Source of the DNA: Octopus bimaculoides
Taxonomy: Eukaryota
Direction: 5' to 3'
Assembly (NCBI RefSeq): GCF_001194135.2
Contig: NC_069010.1
Coordinates: forward strand, 9,656,285 to 9,703,158
Length of the DNA stretch: 46,874 nucleotides
How positions within the stretch are numbered: position 1 is the stretch's first letter; the number at the start of each line of letters is the position of its first letter. Positions 24,385 through 35,862 of this stretch are shown in pieces. The translations under genes and the position numbers were made by a program. Below the pieces are notes generated by a model. It saw only the letters and a list, made by a program, of their open reading frames with translations. It had not been told where the DNA came from and did not search any database.

Positions 24385-24573
24385 TGTATATTGCTGGAGC
24401 AACACCTTGAATGGGTTTTAGTCGAACAATACGACCCCCAGGACTTATTCCTTGTAAGCCTAGTATTTACTCTATCCGTCCCTTTTGCTGGACCGCTAGG
24501 TTACGGGGATGTAAACACACCAACACGAGTTGTCAAGCAATGAGTGGAGGAGAAAAAACAGGCACAAAGACAC

Positions 24574-24610
<37 letters not shown>

Positions 24611-24776
24611 CAATGGGTTTCTTTCAGTTTCCGTCTACCANNNNNNNNNNAAATCCACTCACAAGGCTTTGGTCAGCCCAAGGCAAAAGTAAAAGACACT
24701 GGCCCAAGGTGCTATGCAATGGAATTGAACCCAGAACCATGTGGTTGAGAAGCAAACTCCTTACCACACAGTCATG
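24385..24776 (-). mobile_element. tRNA-headed SINE, 5' and 3' modules joined by a microsatellite
   Basis: Mirror image of the 26597-26990 architecture. Confidence 0.8.
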
Positions 24777-25524
24777 CCATATATATATATATATATATGC
24801 GCATATATACATACATACATGTACATACCTACATATATATATATGTATATTCACATGCATATATGGGTACAGGAGGTCAAAAAAAACGTGAGGACCATCC
24901 CTAAACATCTCCCTTCACGCTCTCATAGAACGTTCCTTGCTCTGTCTCCTCTGTACAACTCATACTCCTTTTCTCTCTCTTTTCCCCCCCTCCACTAAAC
25001 ACACACACACACACCTAAATATATACGTGTGTCACAGTCCGCATGTGCATGTGGCAACAGCTGTTCTCAGTGTGGACATAGATTAGTTCATATTTAATTC
25101 AATAACATTAGGGGGAACGGAGGGGGCGGGTGTGGAGTTGCTGATGGATGTAGTGGTGGTGGGGTGGTGGTGAGAGTGATTGTGGTTGAGGTAGTGGTAG
25201 TGTTGTCAGTGATGGTGGTGGTGGTGGTGGTAATGTTACTGTAGTGGTGGTGGTTGTAGGAATGCAGAGGTGGTTAGGGTAGTAGCTGTGAGAGAGGGTA
25301 GTAGTAGTAGTAGTAACTATAGTAGTGGTGGTGGTAGAGGAGTAGTTGATAACAATATCATCATCATCATCATTACCCTTTGTTATTCATTACACCCATG
25401 TGAACCTAGACTGAGAAGATCCACGTTCAAAACCAACCCAGCCATGACCATCTCCATAAAAGCAGAGTCAATATCACAAACCACATTTATTTAATTTGCC
25501 CATCTTCAGTTTTAAGACTGTAGG

Positions 25525-25798
25525 GTAAGAAGTGCCTTGTCGTATTGATTTTGGCTCTGTACTATGTAGGTGTGGTTGTATGGTAAGCTCTATGGATCTC
25601 AGTGTAGGACCTTTGCAAGTTTCAAGCCGTCCCTGGCAGGTATAAAAACCAAAAAGTGGTTTTACACATGTAATTAGAGTATTCTTGGCCTGATGATTAG
25701 CTCAATTGAGAACCCCCTCATCAAATTATTACACCAGAGGATCAGTAGGCTAAGAAACATGTAACCTGGATTTTACCTGTTCAACTCCCTCAATTCGC
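25525..25798 (+). mobile_element. Penelope-like pseudo-LTR fragment (TATA box + hammerhead)
   Basis: TATAAAAA 25641-48 upstream of the ribozyme core; ends at a (TA)n tract at 25799. Confidence 0.5.
25684..25769 (+). ncRNA. Type I hammerhead motif with large stem II insertion
   Basis: CTGATGA(25690-96)-TTAGC...47 nt...GCTAA-GAAA-CATG-TA^; palindrome ACATGT; helix I degenerate. Confidence 0.7.
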
Positions 25799-25829
<31 letters not shown>

Positions 25830-25923
25830 GAACATTCATTTAATAGACACACACAAACACATATATTCACATAATATAGACATATACACACAGAAATACA
25901 CACACATTCATCTAATACAAACT

Positions 25924-25965
<42 letters not shown>

Positions 25966-26596
25966 CTCACATACATACATCTCGTACAGATATATTTTCA
26001 TACACAAATGTATACACCCATACACATATACATGCATAAACAAATGTATACACATACACACACACACACAAACGCATAAACACACACCCACAAACGCATA
26101 TACATTCCATTCAGGAGATAACACTACCATCCCCCAACACAGAGCTCTGTTCTTAATAATTCTGAAAATATCTCCAAATTCTGTGGGTTTAATATTGAAA
26201 AAAGACAACAAAGAAAGAAGAGGACAGGTTTAGAGCTCGGATACAGAAGAGTGAATTTGGGATGTTTTTAACGATTATTGGTGTGGGGGCATAATTAGGG
26301 AAATAGGCTGGCAGCTGTTGCTCATTATTGGCATTTATTACACGCGTACACACACATACACATATATATATATACACAAACACAAATATACAAACACACG
26401 CACATATACATACACACACGTACATACACACATATAAACATACACATACATACACACACACACATATATACACATATACACATACATATACAAACACACG
26501 TACATATACATACACACATATACATACACACACACACATATAAACATACACACATATATACACACATATATATACACACACACACACATATACAGG

Positions 26597-26990
26597 ACCA
26601 GATGTGGCTGTGAGATAAAAATCTTGCTTCCCAACCATATGATTCTGGTTTCAGTCCCACTGTGCAGCGCCTTAAGCAAGAGTTCTATTATAGCAAGGTG
26701 AAACAAAAAAGCCTTATGAGTGGATTTGGTAGATGGAAACTGAAAGAAGCCCGTCACGTGTGTGTGTGTGTGTCTTTGTGCAGTGTTTGTTCCCTCACCG
26801 CCGCTTGACAGCCAGTGTTGGTGTGTTTACATCCACATAACTTAGCATTTCGGCAAAAGAAGAACAACAGAATAAGTACCAGATATAAAGAAAAGAGAAA
26901 TGTAGAACTGGGGTTGATTTGTTCGACTAATATTCTTCAAGGCAATGCCCCAGCATGGCCAGCAGGCTAATCATTGAAACAAGCAAAAGA
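26597..26990 (+). mobile_element. tRNA-headed SINE, 5' and 3' modules
   Basis: Head, (TG)n, CTTGACAGCC..GGTGTGTTTAC..CGGCAAAAG..GAATAAGTAC, tail CCCCAGCATGGCC. Confidence 0.8.
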
Positions 26991-27057
26991 TAAGAGAGAG
27001 GAACATACACATATAAAGGAGTAATTGTAACAAGAAGCAAGTTAGGCAGGTATACAT

Positions 27058-27212
27058 AGGCACAGGTGTGGCTGTGGGGTAAGAAGGTTGCTCCCCATCC
27101 ACATGGTTCCGGGTTCAGTCCCACTGCATGGCACCTTGGGCAAGTGCATTCAACTATAGTCTTAGACTGACTAATGCTTTGTGAGTAAATTGGAAACTGA
27201 AAGAAGACCATC
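27058..27212 (+). mobile_element. tRNA-headed SINE, 5' module
   Basis: Aligns with 10199-10353. Confidence 0.8.
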
Positions 27213-27246
<34 letters not shown>

Positions 27247-27256
27247 NNNNNNNNNN

Positions 27257-27352
27257 GCTGATGAAGGGATATTCCAAATGGCTTTCCGTTTTCCTATGTG
27301 TTCGTTCCGTTGTCTGTAGTTTATTGTTCTAACGTCCTGTACCCTGATATGC
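27257..27352 (+). mobile_element. Possible deleted Penelope-like end with half hammerhead core
   Basis: CTGATGAAGGGA right after a gap and (TA)n; no GAAA partner; ends at (TA)-rich repeat. Confidence 0.3.
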
Positions 27353-27580
27353 ATATATATACACATGTAGATGTAAGTATGTACATATATGTGTGTATAC
27401 ATGTATATATATTCTTTGTATTATATATATATATATATATATATATATCACTTTGTGTGTCGGTGTGTATGTGTATATGCCTGCATGTATATATACATGT
27501 GTGCCAGTACCAGTGTGTTTGTGAATATGTCTATATGTATGTATGTATGTCAGTGTGTGTTATGTATATATATGAACAGC

Positions 27581-27627
<47 letters not shown>

Positions 27628-27629
<2 letters not shown>

Positions 27630-28233
27630 TCCCACAAATAATGCAATCTTTTTATACTTCTTTTATTTTCAAAATCAAGATAAACGAAGTTCTTTTTAAA
27701 TCTAAAATATTCTCTCCTTCATTTTCTGCAATGCTCTTCCATCTATCTGGTAGACTTGCAAGGCCCCTCTTCCAAAATTCACTTGTCCTTCATGCAAAAT
27801 ACTCCCCCAGTACTGTTCTGACCTTGTCTACAGAATTCATATTCTTTCTGTTCAAATGATTTTGAAGAATGCAGAAGAAATGATAATCAGATAGGGGAAT
27901 GTCCAGTGAATATATCGGTTGAGGCATTGTTTCCCATTCAGACTGCTCCAGCCTTTGGAATGCCATCCTTGCTGTATGTGGTCAAGCATTATTCTGATGG
28001 AAGAACACCTTTTGTCTTGAAACTAAAGATAATCGGTTTTCTTCTAGCGCTGATTTAAGCCACTCAAACTGCTCAAACTGCACTCTTCAAAACTTGCACT
28101 AAGAATAAGCGCAAGGTAAAATTCCTACCTACTTTTATAGTAATTTGATGCAGGTAGCGCATCCCGTCCTCCTCCGACTTTTCGTTTGTGCAATTGGAAA
28201 AAAAAAAACCGCATGAATTATGGGATGACCCTG
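27628..28233 (-). mobile_element. Internally deleted mariner transposon (C-terminal catalytic part)
   Basis: QNNA*PHTAR...WETMPQPIYSLDIPLSDYHFF...FWKRGLASLPDRWKSIAENEGE; degenerate TIRs, TA flanks. Confidence 0.85.
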
Positions 28234-28267
28234 TATGCATGTATATACATTTTGAATATGTGTGTAG

Positions 28268-28349
<82 letters not shown>

Positions 28350-28377
28350 CCAAGATGATAGAAAAGTCTCTACTTAC

Positions 28378-28444
28378 ATCGACAACCCTTTGATGTTGTC
28401 AGACAGGTTCTCACAGATAAATATTAGATAGGCGCAGCAGAAAC
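28378..28444 (-). CDS. Transporter exon (G)FCCAYLIFICENLSDNIKGLS(I)
   Basis: ttcttcag|GTTTC...TCGAT|gtaagt; 67 nt, phase 1 to 2. Confidence 0.93.
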
Positions 28445-28518
28445 CTGAAGAAAAGAAATACATTATACATACATATCATATATATATATACATATATACA
28501 TACATATATACATACATA

Positions 28519-28552
<34 letters not shown>

Positions 28553-28710
28553 CATATGTATGTATATATATATATATATATATATTCTCATATATAGCTA
28601 CATATATTTATATACATTTACATATATATACACACAAACAGATAAGCACGGAGAAATATGAATTAATGATAACAATTACGCACACACACACATATATATA
28701 CATATACATA

Positions 28711-28905
28711 ATTAATCGTTGACCAAAACATTCAATATTTTTTTCTCCGTGTTTTTCTCATTGTTTTCTCCTTATTCTTTCTGTTGAAGAGCGTAGCTCG
28801 AAACGTTAAAGACTTTCTGTATTCCCGAGCGTCAAACTAATACATCCTTTTGTTGTCTACACCACCTGTCCTTGTCTGTTGTTGTTTTTTTCGTAAATTC
28901 TCCCA
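28711..28905 (+). mobile_element. Short non-coding interspersed element carrying the minimal hammerhead
   Basis: 3' 100 nt nearly identical to 14957-15058; embedded in TA/CA microsatellites. Confidence 0.7.
28776..28812 (+). ncRNA. Minimal hammerhead-like motif (A6U variant)
   Basis: TCTTT-CTGTTGA-A-GAGC-GTA-GCTC-GAAA-CG-TT^AAAGA; perfect helix I and stem II, palindrome AACGTT. Confidence 0.6.
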
Positions 28906-29191
28906 TATATATACATATAAATGTATGTATATGTATATTATAAGCACATATACATATTCATATATATATATATATATATATTTCCTTATTGTCCACAGGG
29001 GACTAAGCATAGAAGGGACAAACAAGAATAGACCAAGGGATTAAGTCAATTACATCGCCTTCAATATGTAACTGGTACTTATACATTTTAGAATTAAAGG
29101 TTTTGATTTACTGTCGGGTGACTTTTGGCCAACCCTGTATGCATGTGACAAGGAGGATATCAAGAGATTGGAAATTGTGTGTGTTACTCAC

Positions 29192-29257
29192 CGATTTGTG
29201 ACACCAGCAGTACAATATCAACCACCAGTCTGCCAAACCACCCCATCGCAAAATATC
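29192..29257 (-). CDS. Transporter exon (G)YFAMGWFGRLVVDIVLLVSQI(G)
   Basis: tttccag|GATATT...ATCG|gtgagt; 66 nt, phase 1 to 1. Confidence 0.92.
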
Positions 29258-29488
29258 CTGGAAAGTTGAAAAAAAAAAAAAAAAAATTACATAATAATAA
29301 TCCTTTCTAATTAAGGCACAAAGCCTGAAATTTTGTGGGAGGGGACTAGTTGATTACAATGACCCCAGTGTTTCATTATCACAATCATCATCATTGTTTA
29401 ACGTCCATTTTCTATATATGTATGCATATCTTTATCTACACACACACACACACATATATATATGTCTATTTATATATATATATATATG

Positions 29489-29527
<39 letters not shown>

Positions 29528-30913
29528 NNNNNNNNNNNNNNNNNNNNNNNNNNNNNNNNNNNNNNNNNNNNNNNNNNNNNNNNNNNNNNNNNNNNNNNNN
29601 NNNNNNNNNNNNNNNNNNNNNNNNNNNNNNNNNNNNNNNNNNNNNNNNNNNNNNNNNNNNNNNNNNNNNNNNNNNNNNNNNNNNNNNNNNNNNNNNNNNN
29701 NNNNNNNNNNNNNNNNNNNNNNNNNNNNNNNNNNNNNNNNNNNNNNNNNNNNNNNNNNNNNNNNNNNNNNNNNNNNNNNNNNNNNNNNNNNNNNNNNNNN
29801 NNNNNNNNNNNNNNNNNNNNNNNNNNNNNNNNNNNNNNNNNNNNNNNNNNNNNNNNNNNNNNNNNNNNNNNNNNNNNNNNNNNNNNNNNNNNNNNNNNNN
29901 NNNNNNNNNNNNNNNNNNNNNNNNNNNNNNNNNNNNNNNNNNNNNNNNNNNNNNNNNNNNNNNNNNNNNNNNNNNNNNNNNNNNNNNNNNNNNNNNNNNN
30001 NNNNNNNNNNNNNNNNNNNNNNNNNNNNNNNNNNNNNNNNNNNNNNNNNNNNNNNNNNNNNNNNNNNNNNNNNNNNNNNNNNNNNNNNNNNNNNNNNNNN
30101 NNNNNNNNNNNNNNNNNNNNNNNNNNNNNNNNNNNNNNNNNNNNNNNNNNNNNNNNNNNNNNNNNNNNNNNNNNNNNNNNNNNNNNNNNNNNNNNNNNNN
30201 NNNNNNNNNNNNNNNNNNNNNNNNNNNNNNNNNNNNNNNNNNNNNNNNNNNNNNNNNNNNNNNNNNNNNTTTTGTGAGATTTGGCTGTTATTTCTAGCAT
30301 GTAAATAGCCTGCTTGGTGGAGGGGGGGAATTGAAATTTTTCAAACAATTTTTTTTCAGAATCGGAATCTCCATAGCCTAAAACATGGGATTCCGTTAAA
30401 AAAATAAATAAATAAGGGGGGGGGGGAGGTTCAGATTACATATAGTCCGTCTCCGCCAAAAAAAACATTTATCATTAATAAGCTAGGAAATAAAAGATCG
30501 TAAAGAAAGAGAAAAAAGAAATAGTAACAAAGAGGAAAAACAATAGTGATAGGTCTTCGTTGAAAGTATGTAGTTATTGTTATAACACAGTGAGATATAC
30601 TAAAGCGTTTTACAAATCAATGTCCTATAAATATTGTTAGTATTTACATAACTTTGTCTTTAAAAACTTCTATTTCATTTTGTCATTATTTCTTTTTCTC
30701 TATCTCAACGATCTTTTATTTTCTAGGTTACTAACGAAGACAGCTTCAAAGCCACTCACCATGCAGACTTTTAGGCAAGCTCCTGCAAAGAGCTAATTGG
30801 ATCTGCGGCCCAGAACTGATGACTATAATATTATCTATAATGACTATATGCCCTGGTGGTGTTTGATCGAGGTTAAACGATGAATTAGAATTAATTCTGT
30901 AATGCAATCATTC

Positions 30914-31235
30914 CGTGGAGGCACATGGCCTAGTGGTAGAGCGGCAGACTCACGGTCAAGAGGGATTATGGGTTCAAATCTCAGAACAGGCAATGTGTGT
31001 GTGTTGATGAGCGAAACACCTAAGTTCCACGTGGCTCCAGCAGAGGATAATGGCGAATTGCTGCTAACTCTTTCACCACAACTTTCTCTCACTCATCCCT
31101 CCTGCATCTACCCCCGCTCACCTGCGACGGACCGGCGTCCCGTCCAGGTGGGGAACCTATACGCCAATGAAGCCGGGAAACTGGGCCTTATGAGCCAGGC
31201 ATGGCTCGGGAAGGAACAAACAGCAACAACAACCA
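30914..31235 (+). mobile_element. Distinct tRNA-headed SINE with V-domain-like central motif, (CAA)n tail
   Basis: TGGCCTAGTGGTAGAGC A box, GGTTCAAATC B box, CCTGCGACGGACCGGCGTCCCGTCCAGG. Confidence 0.65.
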
Positions 31236-31329
31236 TCATTCTTTCATTCCAGTCCCAAAGTTCTTATCTCAACATAAAATTAATGAAGCGAATGTCACCT
31301 CCTCCTTAATCGCTGACATCATCTGACAA

Positions 31330-31834
31330 ACGCCAACCAAGATGGTGTGAATCAGCCAAGATTTACCTGCTTCAAATGGTAAGTCAAATACTTTTAAATC
31401 AGATCCCAATACTGAATGCTCACTTCCATTTTTTCATACCAAAATTATTTACAAGTTACAAAACTTCCTTTCCTTTTTCTGAAAAACTGTTTCATTAATT
31501 TCTATTACCTTTATTATTATTGTATTCTATATTTCAATGACCCTGGCTTACACTTGCCTGAACCCCCATGTACTGCACTTTCCATTGTGTTGTCGCCTTT
31601 ATTGAACTCATAAAGCAAAATATGCCGAATATACTCCTTTGTCACTTCCATTACAGCTTTGAAAATACAACTGTTAAAATCGAACTGCACTCTTCAAAGC
31701 TTGTACTAAGAATAAGGACAAGGTAAAATTACTACCTGCTGTTATAGCAAGTTGATGCAGGTAGTCTGTCCTGTCCCCCTCCGACTTTTATTTCATGCAA
31801 TTGAAAACACCACGTTATTTATGGGATGACCCAA
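31330..31834 (-). mobile_element. Mariner remnant, same family (5' end + N-terminal HTH)
   Basis: MEVTKEYIRHILLYEFNKGDNTMESA from ATG 31651; 31685-31832 aligns with 28080-28233. Confidence 0.8.
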
Positions 31835-31949
31835 CACACTCACACACACACACTAACACTCACACACACTTGTATACATGTATGTTTATAAGGATGTGTG
31901 TATATGTACATATATGTATAAATGGATGTGTGTGTGGTGCATGTGTATA

Positions 31950-31992
<43 letters not shown>

Positions 31993-32401
31993 ATGATGAT
32001 GATGATATATATATATATATATATAATATAGATTTAATCAAAAGATTAAATGTGGTACTTAAAATGTTTGAGGCACCAGAATTTGGTAGGATAAAAACCA
32101 AAAACAAAATCAAGAGATTTGGTGAATAAAATTTTAAGTTAAGCAACAAAAATTCAATAGGTTATAGCTTAACTTCAAATATATATATATATATCTATAT
32201 CTATACACACACAAATGTGTATATGTACACAATGTGTGCACATGTGTATGTGTGTGTATATATATATATAGATAGATAGATACTGACAGGCAGGCAGACA
32301 GACAGATGCATACATGCATACATACGTACATACATTCATACATAGACATACATAAATACAAGGACATCTGTATAGACCAAACAGGGGGAAAAAAAACTCA
32401 C

Positions 32402-32429
32402 CCAGATCACCATAGGTTAAATCCTGCAT
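32402..32429 (-). CDS. Transporter micro-exon MQDLTYGDL(G)
   Basis: gaccag|ATGCAG...CTGG|gtgagt; 28 nt, phase 0 to 1; family TYGDLG motif. Confidence 0.82.
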
Positions 32430-34039
32430 CTGGTCAAAGACAGCAAAATAGATTATAATATTAACGATAGTAAAGTGGTTTATTGGCGGGAGAGGGTGTG
32501 GGGGAGACGAGTCATTGAGGACAAAAGAGTATGACACACAAAAAAAGGGGGGATTNNNNNNNNNNNNNNNNNNNNNNNNNNNNNNNNNNNNNNNNNNNNN
32601 NNNNNNNNNNNNNNNNNNNNNNNNNNNNNNNNNNNNNNNNNNNNNNNNNNNNNNNNNNNNNNNNNNNNNNNNNNNNNNNNNNNNNNNNNNNNNNNNNNNN
32701 NNNNNNNNNNNNNNNNNNNNNNGAGGAGGGGGAGAAGAAGAACAAAAAAACAAAAAAAAAAACAAGATGAAATAAACAAGATCATCAAGAAAGAAGCAAT
32801 ATTAAAATCATGGATGATGCCAAAACAAGAAATGAGGTGCATCCTGGGGCCAAACCACAGTAAGATCATCTTTTTATAGGACTGCCACATTCTGTTGGCA
32901 AATAAACTTTACTATTAGGTAACGTTGTGGAGGCGCAATGGCCCAGTGGTCAGGGCAGTAAAAGAGATTGATAGAATAAGCACCAGGCTGTAAAAAAAAA
33001 AAAGTCCTGAAATCAATTTGGTCGACTAAATTTCTCCAAGGCAGTGTGCGTGGCCACAGTCTGACTAAAACAAGTAAAAGAAATTGAAATATTATGTACG
33101 GTACACATAAGAGGAGGACTGTACATTGTTACATTGGGGCAGAAGCTGATTTCTTCAAGAATCGGTGAATGGAATCACCAGCCTCAAGAGAATCAACAAG
33201 AAGTATTCAACATCTTTGGCTAATTTTATCTTAAAGAAGATAAAATTAAATATGATATAATTAGGTCCAGAGTAAGGCATGCGCAACCATATGACATCCT
33301 TTCCAGGAGATGCAAACTCTGCTCCGAGGAACCCTTGGCCTCCACTGCGGCCCAATGAGGAGATCATTAATAGGATTTCTGAAAGATTCTCAAGATGCTT
33401 ACATGCTTATAAATGCACTTTCACACAATGCAGTGGGAATGAATTTGATTAAACATGAACTGAAAAGATAATTGAGGTATTCTACACACATTTCTGTAGC
33501 AAATTTATTAACACATTGCAACATACAGTTTGGTATGCAATAACATGCAACATTATATAAAATTGTGCAGTGGTAAGATATATATATATCTAACATTGTC
33601 ACATCTTCAGGCAATATTCCATTTGAGGTTTTATGGGGTATGTGTATAGATAAGGACAGCTTTGAGACTGCAGCCTGTTCACTGGCAACATTCCGTGCAG
33701 CATGGAACAGGTTGCAGTGTCAAAGCGACGAAAATATTTTGACAAATTAAATTTAAATGTTGAAGTGAATCTGACGGTTTTTGTGTGTTTTTAAATGGTT
33801 TATAAACGTTTTCCACGCTGAAAAGAAATATGTCAGTAATTAAATTAAATGCAGTTAGTAACAGACTTGGACATAGAAACATCACCTTTTTGCAGCTTGC
33901 TCGTTAAGGAATTTGCAGGTAAGTTGAGTTACTCCTTTCAGACGCATACACAGGTATACATGAAATTATTCATAATCAAGCAATAATTAAAAAAATTTCT
34001 TTTTTCTTGAACCCTTGGTCTCTTAGGGGGTCATTTACC

Positions 34040-34440
34040 CACATGGGGTTACACACAGAAGGGACAAACAAGGACAGACAAACAGATTAAGTCGATTACA
34101 TCGACCCCAGTGCGTAACTGGTACTTATTTAATCGACCCCGAAAGGATGAAAGGCAAAGTCGACCTCGGCGGAATTTGAACTCAGAACGTAGCGGCAGGC
34201 GAAATAACGCGAAGCATTTCGCCTGATATGCTAACGAGTCTGCTAACTCACTGCCTCTATAATAATAATAATAATAATAATAATAATGGTTTCAAATTTG
34301 CCACAAGGACAGCAATTTGGGGGAAGGGAATGAGTCGATTACATCAACCCCAGCACGTAACTGGTACTTATTTTATCGAGCAAGAAAGGATGACAGGTAA
34401 AGTCGACCTTGCTGAAATTTGAACTCAGAATGGAGCGATG
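34040..34440 (-). mobile_element. Two head-to-tail CORE-type SINEs
   Basis: Cores at about 34140 and 34385; (AAT)n between them. Confidence 0.8.
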
Positions 34441-34466
34441 GGCAAAAGACCAAATTAATTACATGA

Positions 34467-34900
34467 AGTAGGCTCAATGGAAAAAACAAGATCAGGGCAA
34501 TGAACACATGGGCTGTGTCCTTAATGCGATTTGGTGCAGGTGTTGTTAGGTGGACAAAGAATGAGCTTGAGGAAATGGACAGGAAAACCAGAGAAGTGAT
34601 GACACAATTAACAAGGAATTACACCCCAAACGCAATGCTGACAGACTGTGTGTGCCCAGGAAGAAGGGAGGAAGAGGCATCATAGGACGCAAGACCTGTG
34701 TCATCAACAAGAAGAAGAAGAAAGAGTAAAGAAGTGGGAAAGGAAACCGTTGTATGGGGAATGCCTGAGAGAAATGGAAGGAAAAGACGAAACCAGCACT
34801 TGGAGATCACTCGGAGAGAAAAAGTGATCGGAAAGGATTCAATGAGGCATTGATATGCAGCATTGAGGAAGAAGCTCTGAAAAGTAATTACAACGAGTTC
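34467..34900 (+). mobile_element. Decayed R4/Dong-like non-LTR retrotransposon (post-RT region)
   Basis: LNGKNKIRAMNTWAVSLMRFGAGVVRWTKNELEEMDRKTREVMT, frameshift, LHPKRNADRLCVPRKKGGRGII, later EALICSIEEEALKSNY. Confidence 0.82.
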
Positions 34901-35311
34901 NNNNNNNNNNNNNNNNNNNNNNNNNNNNNNNNNNNNNNNNNNNNNNNNNNNNNNNNNNNNNNNNNNNNNNNNNNNNNNNNNNNNNNNNNNNNNNNNNNNN
35001 NNNNNNNNNNNNNNNNNNNNNNNNNNNNNNNNNNNNNNNNNNNNNNNNNNNNNNNNNNNNNNNNNNNNNNNNNNNNNNNNNNNNNNNNNNNNNNNNNNNN
35101 NNNNNNNNNNNNNNNNNNNNNNNNNNNNNNNNNNNNNNNNNNNNNNNNNNNNNNNNNNNNNNNNNNNNNNNNNNNNNNNNNNNNNNNNNNNNNNNNNNNN
35201 NNNNNNNNNNNNNNNNNNNNNNNNNNNNNNNNNNNNNNNNNNNNNNNNNNNNNNNNNNNNNNNNNNNNNNNNNNNNNNNNATTATAGATATTGCAATATA
35301 TAAAAAAATAA

Positions 35312-35356
<45 letters not shown>

Positions 35357-35862
35357 GAAAGCTGTGAGCTGGCAGAATCGTTAGCAGGCCGGGCAAATCG
35401 CTTAGTGGTATTTCCTCTGCCACTACATTCTTAGTTCAAATTTCACCAGGGTCTCGACTTTACCTTTCATCCTTTTGGGGGTCGATTAATTAAGTACCAG
35501 TTACCCACTGGGGTCGATGTAATCAACTTAATACCCTCCCCCAAGCTGCCCTTGTGGTAAAAATTTGAAATCATCATCATCATCATCATCATCATTATCA
35601 TTATTATCATTATTATCATCATTATCATTATTATTATTATTATTGAAGGCAGCGAGCTGGCAGAATCGTTAGCAAAAGCGGGAAAGGGTTTAACAGCATT
35701 TCATCCCTCTTCGTGTTCTGAGTTCAAATCCCACCAAGGTCGACTTTGCTTTTCATCGCTTTACAGTGGATAAAATAAGTACCAGTTGTATACTGGTGTT
35801 GATATAATCGACTTAAGCCCCCCTCCCCCACAATTTCAAGCATTGTGCCTTTAATAGGAAGG
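35357..35862 (+). mobile_element. Two head-to-tail CORE-type SINEs
   Basis: Heads GAGCTGGCAGAATCGTTAGC at about 35367 and 35654; ATT/ATC arrays between and around them. Confidence 0.8.

Noticed and set aside
30760-30815. Minus-strand exon-like segment with gtgagt donor and two possible acceptors
   Set aside because: Lengths of 23 or 56 nt would break the frame, and the flanking exons 32402 and 29257 already join in phase to give GDLG-YFAMG.
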